From the NCBI GenBank assembly GCA_040357565.1, contig JBDODJ010000060.1: a stretch of DNA of 64,000 nucleotides; one strand, written 5' to 3'. A program made the translations under genes and the position numbers. Of this stretch, positions 31,074 to 43,700 are shown piece after piece. The first letter of the stretch is position 1. Every line of letters begins with the position of its first letter. Origin of the DNA: Cercozoa sp. M6MM (Eukaryota > Protista > Endomyxa: Ascetosporea). The notes beneath the pieces were generated by a model that saw only the letters and a program-made list of their open reading frames with translations, had not been told where the DNA came from and searched no databases.

Positions 31074-31441
31074 TTCAAATACGCCAGCACTTACGCGCAC
31101 ACTATTCTGGTCACTCAGAACGACTACACTACCAGCTCGCTTGAGAGCGCTGATCGATAAAAATAAAACACTAGACAGCCAGCGGACGGATGGCGGACTC
31201 AGCAACCACGGTCATGCGGTGGTTGATGCAATAAAAGCACCGGCTTGATCATCCTGAGACACAAGCTTTCCCCCACACACAGCACACGACGAGGGTCAAG
31301 CACGCCGCAGGAGCACAAACGTGTGCAGGTCCCAGCACCGTGTGCGACTGTTGCCCCGAGGGGCTAGGGACCCAGCAGTCACGTGATACTACCAAGGACA
31401 AGCTTAGACAGGCATCAGCGTGCTGTCAGCAGCAGGTTTCC

Positions 31442-32289
31442 ATGCCGCTCAATTTCGGCGGGTGCGTTTTCTTTTTTGCGATTTGTGAATTGGTTGTTGT
31501 CAAGTCAGATTTTTTTGGAGGTGCATCGACTGTTTGCTTGACAGTGTGACACCCCATGGCGATGACCCACGAAAGCTAGACTGGTCGATTTCACTGGACG
31601 AAGCGTCGCGCTCGATGATGGTCGAAAGCGACGATGACGAGAATGTGTCACTGTCGCCGATCCAGCAGCGACTGAGCTTCTCGCAGCAGAAGCTGTCACG
31701 TCGCAAGCTGTTCGACAGCAACAGCAACAGCGAGACCAACACTCCGAACAGCAGCCGGCGCGGCCGCTCCTCACAACTCACCGTGCAGGTCAGCAACCGT
31801 CTGCGTGGTCTCGACACGGACAGTGGCTCCGACATGCGTGCGCAGTCGGCGCATGTGCCCGACCTGGTGGCGCCGCCGCTGCGTCGCATGTACTCAGAAC
31901 TGGGTAGGTCGTCTAATTTGACCGTCTCTGCCCCCCTATCGTTCCTCTGTTAACAGATGGCAGTCGATCGGCGACGCCGCGAGTGGCCCCGAGTTCGCAA
32001 AACTTGAGTTTCGGCGTTGCCACGCAAACGCCGGTGCAGACACCGTCACAGACACCTGTGGTACCTTTCTTGTATTTGTAAGGTTCAGCTGGGACAGAAG
32101 GGCATACCACTTGACCACGTGACAACTTGACCACTCATGCGCAGCGAAGGACACGGACCAAGTCGCGCGGTGCTCGCGTCTTTGACGGCCCGTTGCCGCC
32201 GGCGTTCGAAGAGCCCGTGCAGTCGCGTAGCTCGAGTGAGTCAGTATCTGACCCCCCCCCCCCCCCACACACACACACACACACCCCCA

Positions 32290-32335
<46 letters not shown>

Positions 32336-32646
32336 CCCCTTTACCTACCGTTGCAGTGAACATGGACAACACGATCGCGGACGTGAGCATAAACGGCTCG
32401 TTCGGCGACGTGTCGGCCTTTAGTTTCGGGCGGCAGCAGTCGGGCGCGTCGGTGTCTTCGGTGTCGCACAGCTCGCTGTTGGAGGAGGCGCCGCGCAAGC
32501 TGCTGCGACGACATGGCTCGCTGATGGACAGCAAGCTGCTGGACAGCACGGTCGGCTCGCTCGAGGTGAGCATGCTCGACGAGGAGCTCGACGACCTGCG
32601 CACCGACCTGCGCACGAGGTAGTTCCCACCGACTCAGAGAGGAAGG

Positions 32647-32680
<34 letters not shown>

Positions 32681-34027
32681 TTAAGGCTGCGTCTGAGTAG
32701 GTTGCACAAGCGGCACGTGCGACGCAACCGGCGTGCCATCCGACTGGCGCAGGAACTGGCGGCACGGCCGCTGCAGGTGACGGAGTCGCTGATGCAGGGC
32801 GCCGTACTGCTCGGACAGGGCGCCTTTTTCGACACGTACCGCGTGCTGGTGGACGGCACGGTAGCCTTCGCAGTGAAGCGGAGTCGGCAGCCGTTCGGCG
32901 GACATCGTGACCGCGAGCACAAGCGGCGCGAGATGGAGATCATGACGCGTCTGCAGGAGGCGCAGCACACGGGCGGAGCCGAGCACATCGTGCGCCTCTT
33001 CTGCAGCTGGCAGTACCGCGGCTTCTTCTTCGTCATGATGGAGCTGTGCGACGCGTCGCTCGGCGCGCTGCTGTCCCAGCTGCCGGCCGTGTCGGTCGAG
33101 CATGTCACGTCGCTCGACGATTCCGATCAGGTGGGACCATACACTACGCATCTATATATACATCTACATATACGTTTATGTGTCTATGTTTATATCTCTA
33201 TGTTTATATCTCTATGTTTGTATGAAACGTGTAGGTGCCAGTGCCGACGCTGTCAGTGCCGGCCAAGCGACTCGCACTGTACCCTCGCCGCCCGGATGCT
33301 TAGGGTATGTGTACGTGTATGTGTGTGTGTGTGTAGGACCTGGCAGGTAGCCGAGCAGGTGATACGTGCCATAGCGCACATGCACGCGGCCAGTGTGCTG
33401 CACCTGGACCTCAAGCCGGACAACATTCTCGTGCAGCGAGGCGACGGCTGCAAGCTCGCCGACTTTGGCTCCTCGCTCGTCGTGGATCGCAGCGTGGTGG
33501 ACTGTGCCAATGTACCCTTGGTGTTTGGCCCCCCCCCCCCCCCCCGTTCTACCCTGTACCCCTGTCTGCCGTAGTCAACGTCGGTCGATTGGCGCGAGAT
33601 GTCGATCCGCGTGGAGGACAGTGAGAGCGACTCGCGGTACATGGCGCCGGAGATCCTCGAGAGCGGGCGCGGCAACAGCGCGGCCGACATCTTCGCGTAC
33701 GGCATGGTGCTGCTGCAGGTGTCGACGGACCTGCAGCCGCCGGCCAGCGGCGTGCTGTGGCAGCAGTTGCGCCGCGGCGACCCGCAGCAGCTGCCGCGCA
33801 GCGGTCACGCGCCGCTCGACCAGCTGATTGCGCGCTGCCTGCGACGCGATCCGCGCGAGCGGCCGACGGCGCAGGAGGTGCTGCACTTTGTGACCACGCT
33901 GGCCAGACGACCGGCCGCCGCCGACTTCTCGTGGGACAGCATCCTGCCGCCGCCGCTCATGACGTCGTCGGGCTCCGCCTCGGCCTCGGAGTCGGTGCGC
34001 TCGTCGCCGATGCCGCCGCCACTGTGA
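31442..34027 (+). CDS. Wee1/Myt1-family protein kinase
   Basis: LGQGAF, AVKRSRQPFGGHRDR, MELC, HLDLKPDNI, KLADFG, DSRYMAPEIL, ADIFAYG and WQQLRRG, after a long Ser-rich N-terminus. Confidence 0.9.
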
Positions 34028-34381
34028 ACGACTTAACGCGTCACTTGGCACTTGCCGGACCTCCGTGTGCCGTTGGTACATGTTGATTTTGGCCCGCTTT
34101 CGCCTCGGCTCCGTGACTCAATTTCTTCTACTCTGAATGAACGCGATAGCGTAGCCGAATAACCAAACGTAATTTATAACTACTAAAATTCGAGACACTA
34201 GTGAAGCACAGATGAGCGAGGACAACGATGGTCCCAAAAAAACGGAGGAATCAGAGTGTTGCCGAGCAGACTGAGACGGGACTGGGACTGGGGAGCTACG
34301 TAGGTGGTTTCTTAGTAGACTGAACTAACTACCCCACCGTCGCCAAACGAAAAACTCGTTGTACGGGGTGGACAAAACTCG

Positions 34382-35554
34382 CTACGCGTTGGCTCGAGGG
34401 TTGCAGGCCCGCCCGGGTGAGCGGCAATGCTTGCGCGGTACCTGAGCATTAGAGGTGGCCGAGTGCTGTCCGACGAACTGCCAGTGCCGGTGTGCCGCGT
34501 GATGGAACCGACTCGGAGGTGTCGGACTTCTTTGGCTTGGAAGCCTCGCCTTTGGAGTCGCAGCATTCGACGTATCACGACTCGGAACAGCGTTAGCTTG
34601 AGGCGAGATCTTGCGTCGCACGTGTTCCATCGTGCGTTTCTGCGCCTGCGACACGTGTTCCGAGGTCGGTCGAGGAGTGGGAGATCGTCGCGTGGGTGCC
34701 GATGATGAACGATCCGACGAGCCTTGCTTCTGCAGGACCAATGTGAAAGCAACAGTAAGACCCATTAACTCGAACAACTGAAGGACATACCAACGAGCCA
34801 GATGGAGTGGCAGTAGGCACAGGCACCTCCGTGCGAGGAGTCTCGCCAAGCGACGCCGAAACGAGCTCGAACGGCGGAGGTTGTGGCAGCTCAAAGTCCT
34901 GCAGCATCAGTGCGATCAGACGCAAGATCACGCGCAGCTGCCGCTTGCCGTGCGATACGTAGCGAATCTGTTCAAACCGACATGACTTCTTTGTCTTTCT
35001 CAAATATCATGTGAGCTTTTCACTTTCTTCAGTACCTGACGAGAGAGAACTGAAGGCTGGGTGGTCGTGTACTGACTGGAAGGCGCGTCGTGCATCACAG
35101 CTTCGAGTTTGGCCTCGTTTTCGTAGGCGTCTAGTGTCGCCTGCAAGCTTATCAGCCGCTCAACGATGGAGTAAACGTTGAGGTCGTCATGAGCTTCGTC
35201 ATTGTCGTACTGCTGCTCCAACTTGGACCACATCGCGGCACCAAGCATGCCTGCTGCTTTAGCCGCCTGGGCCATTCCTGTGCAGTACAATATACTGTAT
35301 CGCTACTGCAGCTGAATGTCATGTCTTGCAAGTTCTACCTTCTGCGTCAGTTTGCATCTGCGAATCCCCGATGCCAGGCACGCCACTTGGCTCCAAGTAC
35401 TCACGCAGACTATCGTTTTCACTCGATTCGGCCTTGCTTCAAAACGCAAAACGATTAAGTTGGAGTGTAAAACGCAAGTTGCGAGCTGTTACCTCATGAA
35501 GGCTGCGTGAACCCCTGTGAACACTGCCGCAAGGCAGAACAAGAGTATTTTCAT
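34382..35554 (-). CDS. Hypothetical secreted protein (signal peptide, Pro/Ser/Thr-rich tail)
   Basis: MKILLFCLAAVFTGVHA signal-like start; five exons join in frame via GT-AG. The 3' end is uncertain. Confidence 0.6.
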
Positions 35555-35774
35555 CCGTTCGGTGGAAGATTGCGGCCCAAGTTTTCTACGCAGTCGCGTT
35601 ATCTTCCAACAAGCACAAACAACGCTAGCAACGCGTCGCGCAGTGACTGAAGCGATAGTTTTTGGCGGCACACTGGCGTCACGCCAGCGTTTCGGCAAAC
35701 TTTTCGGGGCTGCGGGTCGGTCGGCTTTTTTGCATTTTACCCGAAGTCCGCGCGGCTGACTGCATACAAGCAAA

Positions 35775-38700
35775 ATGCCTTTTAATGGCTTCATTTGGAA
35801 GCACTACGACGCAAGGATGCGGGGAAGCCTGAATTCTTCTCCAACTGAGGGAGTGCGACGTGCTCGGCGACGAGTGCGCCTCGCTGCTGCACTTCAAAAA
35901 CAGCAGCAGGACGAGTTTGGGGAAATATTGAGGCAGGAGATCGACGCACGGAACCGCAGCATCGCCAGCTTGCTATCGCAGCGTGATGCACAGCGTGAAA
36001 AGGATTGTATTCTAGCAGAAAGGCGACGTCTCCGGCAGCAGCACGCGCGGCAGGAAGAGCGAGAAGCACTCAAAGCTCAAGGAATCAATGCGACGTCGAA
36101 GTTAGTCGAGCGCAACATTAAAAAATCCCAGCGAATGCGAGAAGCTCGTTTTCGTAAAGCTCTGCAACAGAAAAAGCATGGTACGGCTTTTTGAGACGAA
36201 AAGAACCCTGCCAATATTGCGTTTGTGTAGAAATAGCTCGATTCGAAAAACACTACACAGACAGCGACCGAAAAATGCGAGAAAAGCATCTCCAACTGCA
36301 ACGCGAGCGAAGAGAACACGCAAAAGCTGTTTCCAGAGCAGCAAGTGAAGCGAAAAACGAGGCACGCTTGACACAAAGCGTCAGACAAGCGATTCTTCCC
36401 TTCGACTTTTATCCCAAGCAAGTATGCGTTGTGCCGAGTCGCGCGATGGGCACTGGACGAGAGCGGTCTCATGCATTTGCCGAAGCAATGCGCAAAATGG
36501 AGAAACACCGCCAACAACGCACGTTGGCCAAAGGGCAACTTGAAGTCGGAGATACCAAACCAACAACTATCACAGCGCGAGATTCCACACTGAAAGTGGA
36601 CGAAAATGACGCCGTGTTACAAAAAGAAGAGCCCGAGCAAACGCCAAGTTTGATTCAAGCAGCCGAAGTCGCTCCCACCCTTCGTTCAGTACCTGCGGTG
36701 AGGCAAGTTCCTATCCCACAGAAGAAACAGAAATCCGGAAAGCGGGTAGTCTGCAGCAAAGAAGTCGCTCCTCCATCGTTCACTCCGTCGGTGAAAACCA
36801 TACGGTTTGTCGATGTGGATTCAACCACGCGAAGGAAGGTTGTTGTCCGACTCACCAACACATCGCTCACAACGAACTCAATTCGGTTTAAAGGAATGCG
36901 ACGTCAAAGCGGCTGCAACGACGGAACCAAACATCTTGAGGTTCTCTGCCCACCTTCTGGACGAATCGCAGCTGGAAAATCAACTTCGCTTGCAGTTAAG
37001 TTTAAGTACCGTGGCACTGAGCCGCTGGAAGACTGCGCGGCAGTCCTGGTTTTCACGACTCACATCGGAAAAGACGTGACGATCCCAGTTGAGATTGTGT
37101 GCAAGCGACTGTCGGTGGCTGTTCACGACGAAGGGTCGCTTCCATCCTCCGAACTCACTCTTGACTTTGGCAGGGTGATGATTGGAAGCGAGACGACGCT
37201 GAACTTTGTCTTGTCTAGCAAGGGTGCACTACCAGGCCGGGTAGACACGTGGGACCTACGCTCGCAAACAAATCAAGACAAGAGCACCCGCAGTTCTAGT
37301 GTCGCGTCCCGCCACACCGAGAAGGAAGAGGCAAACTCTCAAGAAAGTGCACAGCGAAGTGATGCAGCAGTGGCAGATGAAAACGACAATCCCGGAAATA
37401 CGGGAGATGAAAAGAGTCGTACTTCAAGAGAGTCCGAGCTAGAAGTGAAACCTCAACCTGGATTCGCCTTTCGCTGCGAGACTCAATCTGGAGTCGTCCT
37501 GTCCGTCTTGCCGCAAAGACCTCGCGACTCTGACATGGCCTCAACGTTGCGGGTACAGGAAAGCATCGGGATGCAGTGTTTGCTGCAAGTCCCCGCCACT
37601 GTGAGGTTCGACGACTGCAGTGGCTTTGATTTGTGCGAACAAATAAGCTTGAATCTCAAGCATAAGGAGCATGTTGCTGACGTCAAACTGCACATTACCG
37701 CAAGAGTTCTCCCGTCGCCAGTGACTGCCGATACTACGAACATTGACTTTGGTCGGGTCTTGCCCTGCAGAGTCTATCGTGCATGTCTCAAGTTGCGGAA
37801 CACTTCCAACTCAGCCAAGCAGTTTCGCATCGTCCGTCATCGTTTCAGTGACTCGATCAACGAGAAAAAACACACGGACGGTATCGGTGATGCGCCGCCT
37901 TGCGAAATCAATGGTTATGACGGTGATGCATCTACAACGACCAGTAAAAGCACTGCCGAAAGCAAAGAAGGGCTGTCAAAATCGAACGACAACAAAGAGG
38001 ATAGCGAGGATGATGTGCCTCGCTCCGACAAAGAAAGCACGGCGTCCAAGTCCGGTCGTGAAGACGAGATGACAAAAAATGATGCGCCCGCCTCGGACGA
38101 ACCAAATTCTTCTGTCTCTTCAAAAGTCTTGCCGAGCGAACGAACCAGCCGCAGCCCATCTCCGCCACGAGAGCGAAAACTTGCCCCTGCGTCGTTCCAA
38201 TTCTCTCCTCGGGTGTCGGTCGTTCAAGCAAACTCGGACCTGAAGGTTCGAGTCATGGTACCACAGCATACACGAGAGTTCTCTGATAAATTTACGTGAC
38301 TGGAAGTGTGCTGTAATTAGCTACGTGTAAGAGACGTAGAATTCAGCGCGAATGAGTGCAGAGAATTCAACCGACAGTTTTTCGTTCTTGTGGATAGCCA
38401 AGCGGTGCCAATTGAACTTCATGCGCACTGCATCATCGGGTATTGCTTCTAAATTTTATAGTTGGCAATAATCCCCGTCGGGTTTGTGTCTTTACTGATT
38501 TCGCTCCCAGGCCTGACGAGCTTTGCTTTGAACCAAAGGAACTGGACCTCGGGCAATGCATCGTTGGTGAAGCTGTGGCGGCCACCGTTCAGGTGCTTGT
38601 CTCTCATACGTCACTCTAAACATTTGATTGCTGAATAATCTGCAGGTGACGAACAAATCGAAAGCGCACGTAGCAAAAGTTGTGTCAACGCGTCTACCCA

Positions 38701-40702
38701 CTGGCTTCATTCTTCCTATCGAAACGACAGCTATTCTTCCGGGTGCGAGCGAAACGTTGAAGGTGGTGTTTGCTCCAAACTTCGTGACTGAGAAAGGCCG
38801 CGAAGTGGCCGACTTGGAGTTCATGAGCAACTTGAGAGCTGCGCGAGTGTGCGACAACAAACCTTTTTTACTGCCCGTTCGAGCGACGGCAGTGGAGCCG
38901 CCCTTGCAAGTGGCGCTGAGTGCGGGCTGCATCAATTTCAATGCAGTTGTACCTCGCCGAAATGGCTTCGTGTGTTCAAAGTTCCAAGTCCACAATCGAG
39001 ATTGTCAAAAGGTGCGCGTGCATCTCAGCGCACCAAAGGAAGTTCCTGTCGCACTCGAGCCTTCCACCTTTGAACTTGAACCAATGTCCAGCCGAGAAGT
39101 CAAGGTATCGTTGCACACAGAAAGCACTTTTTGTGAGTGGCTCGGTAGTCTTGAAAACATGGCTGACGACTGCACGGTTCGCAAGGTCGGCGATGTGTTT
39201 GAGTTCTCGTGTGCTGTCTCTTGCAGCATTGAGGAAATGAGAAGCTCTCCGTTCGACATTCTCGTGTCTGGAAAACAGTCGCTTGCGAAATTTGAAAGAC
39301 GACTGAAAGTCGAGGCTGCAGTTCGCTCAAAGGATGATACAGCGCACTTTTACGTCGAAAACGAATTAACAGTCGACTTTGGTGACTGCGTTCTTGGTGG
39401 CACCAGTGAATCGCAACTACAGCTGTGTGTTCGAAACGTCGACGATGAGTTCACATGTCATGTTGAGAAAGAGGAAGACTCGCCCTTTGATGTCGCAGCA
39501 CATACCCTTCATCTGCCAGAAGGCGCTACACCTCTGCAGTTAACGTTCCACCCAGCACAACACGGAAGATTCCGCGAAGAGATTGTTCTCCACGGCCCAG
39601 ATACGGATGGTGCCTTCAGCTCAGATCGAGTACGTGTGGTCTTGTGCGGCAACTGCGTCAATTCAAAGGCTATCGTGGTTCAGGACAGCGAGAACGAAGC
39701 AACTACAGCAGAAGATGTGGGCTCGGTGTGTATTGCACCGTGCGACGCGAAACCATACGTTCTTCACTCTGCAACAATTCGGAACATCGGAACAGATCCG
39801 CTGCGCGCCCAAGGGGCTGTTTTGGTGCCACGCTCGCCTGAATTAACTTCGATTGCCGCAAAAGTGTTGCGGTTTGATCCATCGCCCGTCATTGTTGACA
39901 CCACCGACGGCGAGTGTCAAGTTCAACTCACGGCTTTGTGTGACGTTTCGATCGAAGAGTTTGAAGCTGCTTTCTGCAACCTCGAGGTACTTGTTAAACA
40001 ATCTCCTATACCTTTACCCTTTTCTCTACCGTGATTTCCTTTACCCCTTAACTCTATACTAGGATGAGGTGGTAGCTCGCGAATTCACTGCGCTGTGCTG
40101 CCTGAACTCAGGTGGCCAACTGTACGAATGCCGGCGACTCCACGATATTAACGAAGTACACGCTCTGTGCACTCAAAACAACGTTCCGTGTGTACGAGTC
40201 AACTGCGTTCTCGCTCGACAACCTGTTTGTAACTTGCTCCACCGAAGTAGCTAAGTAACTGCCTGAAGTTATCGCTGTTTTGGTTGCAGTGTTGGTTCCG
40301 ACAGCAGGCAACGCTTACAGGAACTACATCAATGTCACAATTCCTGGCGAGGAATCACAGTGCACGTTTTCACTTCGAGCGGCAAAGTAAGCACACTTCT
40401 TTCACTTTTTACGTCGACACAGTTCGTTGTGGACTAATATGTCATTGGCTTCCTGGTGTAGGTCTGTCCATGACGCTGTCGACTGCACGATGCAGATGCA
40501 GGTCACAGATGACGACGAGCGTGTTCCCGCAGGTGTCACATTGTCCGAAAGTCGAGTTGCACTGCAATGTGGTGGCCAAGTGCGCACCGTCGCTATCACC
40601 ATCGATCGCACTGAGCTGCAGAACAACAATTTTGTCGTTTTAGTGCTAGCCGACAGTATCACTTTGACGGTGCGGGTGCACGTTTCCGAAAAACTAGACT
40701 AG
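35775..40702 (+). CDS. CFAP74: Cilia/flagella-associated protein, CFAP74-like (coiled coil plus ASH/Ig-like domains)
   Basis: N-terminal coiled coil, then IRFVDV...VRLTNTS...PPSGRIAAGKS..AVKF, LDFGRV, IDFGRV..LKLRNTS and VDFGDC...LCVRN ASH-type repeats. Confidence 0.7.
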
Positions 40703-40727
40703 CGAAATGAAGTTCATTTAACTAGCT

Positions 40728-43700
40728 CTATGTTTCTTCAGCTTTCTTCTGATTTTCGCGCCGCTGCTTTAGCAATGCCGAGCGCACTCGGTCGTCCAAC
40801 CGCGGCCAAAACAGTCGCCGAACGTGTTCGCATGCGAAGGCAGGTCTATTAGAATCAATACGTGTTTAAACAGAAAGCAATACTATGCGCAAGTGTACAT
40901 GTTGGTCAGCACGACGAGTAGCACGAGGAACAGCCAAAAGGTGCCGCCATTGTACAACCGATGAGCAAGCCCAACACTCACAGGAAGAAGCGAGGTGAGG
41001 TGCGAGTAGCCCGCCGTCCACACAAACCACAGTGCCGCGGAGGTGAACAAAATCGTGGCACCAAACCATGTCACTGTGTCAGTCATTGCTACGACAGTAA
41101 ACGGTAAGATGACTCAACTCAACACACGAAGAGATAGGGTGCAATGGCAGGGTAAATGTACTGGCGATGCGAAGTGACACAGCCATAACAACGGTGCCAT
41201 AGACAGCGGTGCCAACGACAACGAGACCTTCCTGTCGTCCATCGTCTCTGACAGGGTCACGCATGTTGAACGTGAACATGGCGGCACCGAACACGAGTGC
41301 CGACACAAGGAGTCCCTCCAGCCAGAACACAGCGAGACGCGGCAGCGACAGCGTGTTGCACGAGGCCGCATAAAGGAAACGCCTCACCCGCGATGTGTTC
41401 CTATGTGAGTGAGTTACTTTCACAGCCAAAACGAAGGGCGATACTCCATCTATGCTTACCGTTGAGCAAAGTGCGTCGTGACGGCGTACAGCGCCGGAAT
41501 GCGCAGCAGCGTTGTGGCCGAGAAGGGTCGATTCAGCACTGCCGCCAGCATGCTTCGCAACAGGTACAGCGCATTGTTATATGCCAACAGTACATACAAC
41601 AAACATAGTGCGGTAGTACACGGGCAGTGCCGTAAAGATCATGTTGAACACCGAGCCAGCAAACGGCTACAACACATGCCAGTAACTGCAAAAGGGATCG
41701 TGCACAAAGTGCAAGTACCTCAATGAGCCACTGGCCGCTCCACGCACTCACCAAGGCGAACCACTGCGTTTACATATCGCTCTTGACTTCCGCACGGACA
41801 TAAAAGTACATAAACACGAAGAGACTATACCAGGTTGCACATGGTGACCCCGACATTCTTGTAGAACGAGTAGCACACTAGCGTCTGTTAAGAGGGGGGT
41901 GTGAAGGGTAAAGGAGTAAATGGGAGGGGGTAGATACAGTCATTCGACTCAGGTTCCACTGACCATGCACCAACAGCCTACGGGGGGGGGGGTAATAAGA
42001 CAGGAGGGGGCTTGGGCTAAAGTGAGAGGAAAGCCACAGTCGGCACAGGAAGCGAAACTGTGCAAAGGCGTAGTCCGAGTTGAGTGCTGCCTGCAGTCCC
42101 TCCCGACCGTACAATCCCACGCCCACATGTGCTTCTGTCCAGAGTCGGGGAGATAGCGCCTAGTAGGTGAGAGGGTGGTGGAGAAGATACCCTTGATCAT
42201 GGCGACATCGTTGGCACCGTCTCCAATCGCCAGTGTCACTGCCGATCGGTCGCACCGCGATCGCACCAGTTTCACAATCTGCGACTTCTGCAGCGGTGAC
42301 ACTCGGCACACCAGCACCGCCCTGGGGGGGGGGGTAAGGAATAGGAGGGTAGGTACAGTAAATTTACCGACAGCGCAGTGCAAGTTTGACAAGCAGTGTC
42401 TGCAGGTGATGATGGTGACACCGCACTTCCTCCGTGTCCTACTTGCATTGTGCCTCCTATCAATCCCTAGAAAAAAGAAGGGGTCCAACTCTACCACATT
42501 GCGCCCGTCCTCAGTGTCGACGACATCTTCGACATCGCTTTCCGTCTCCCGCATTATCACTGCAGATCACGAGATTTAACCCTCCACAATATCCTGTCCC
42601 CCTTATACCCCCCATACCCTGGAGTGCCTTGCCGTCGAGAATGAGCGCCAAGTCATCGACAGCGGCGATGCCGCGTGCATCAAAATGCGCATGGTCCTCG
42701 ACGAAATGTTCGTTGTTGTTTTCGTTGTTGTTTTCGCTGTTGTTTTCGTTGTTGTTTTCGTTGTTGTTTTCGTTGTTGTTTTCGTTTGGGTTGTTGTTTT
42801 CGTCGACGTCGTTGTGGCCGGCGAGGTCGTCGTGGTAGACGGCGTGCACGTAGTTCTGCAGTTTACGCGACAGCACGGCCGGCAGCTCCTCCTCCGAGTA
42901 GCCTACGTTTTCACTCCTCTTTCACCCCCTTCTCTCTGTGGACAATTCATACTGTACCAACAGAGGTGAGTTGCAGGAAGCCGCGCTGCCGCATTTTCGG
43001 CGTCAGAAGTGACGCACTCAGCGCCACGTTGATCGCGGTTTCGACCTTATCGCCTGGCACAATGGGACGTTCGTACAGCGGTCCATCTGGACAAAGACAC
43101 AGCAGCCTTAAGAGTCAGTACCAGTGAGGACCCAGACACGCATGTGTGCCCGGCGCAGAGTACGCAATGTCTGCGGCACGCCGTGTTGCAGTCGATCCTC
43201 GATGCCGATGACTCCGAGCAGTGTCAGGTCGCGCTCTGTGCGCGCGTAAAGCGCATGCATGGCCTCCTCCTTGTCCGTATGGTCGCTTACTGCATACCAT
43301 ATACTATATAATTTATATACACGCATTTATAATTTATGTAGATACTGAATGATACACAAGATAGCATTGCGTTGCTCAAAGAAGCGAAGCACTTCGTCGG
43401 CGCTCAGACTGCGATAGGCGCACACTCTGCACCGCAATAAGTGAACCGAACTGGCGTCAGTGTCAAAGGCAAAAGGAAAAAACTGACAGGGTGCGCAATC
43501 CCCTAGCAGCGTATTGGTGCAGTGCGACAGAACAGTAGCGTTGTTTTCGCTGTTGTTTCAGCAGCGGCAGCAAAACTTCGTCAGCGCCCTTGCTCATCAG
43601 GAGAAAGCCGAACTGCGGGTGCTGCAGCAGCACGCTCATTCGTTTCCTGTCCGACGAGAACTCTAGCACAGCCAGTGTCTACACAGTGGCAATTTGTCTA

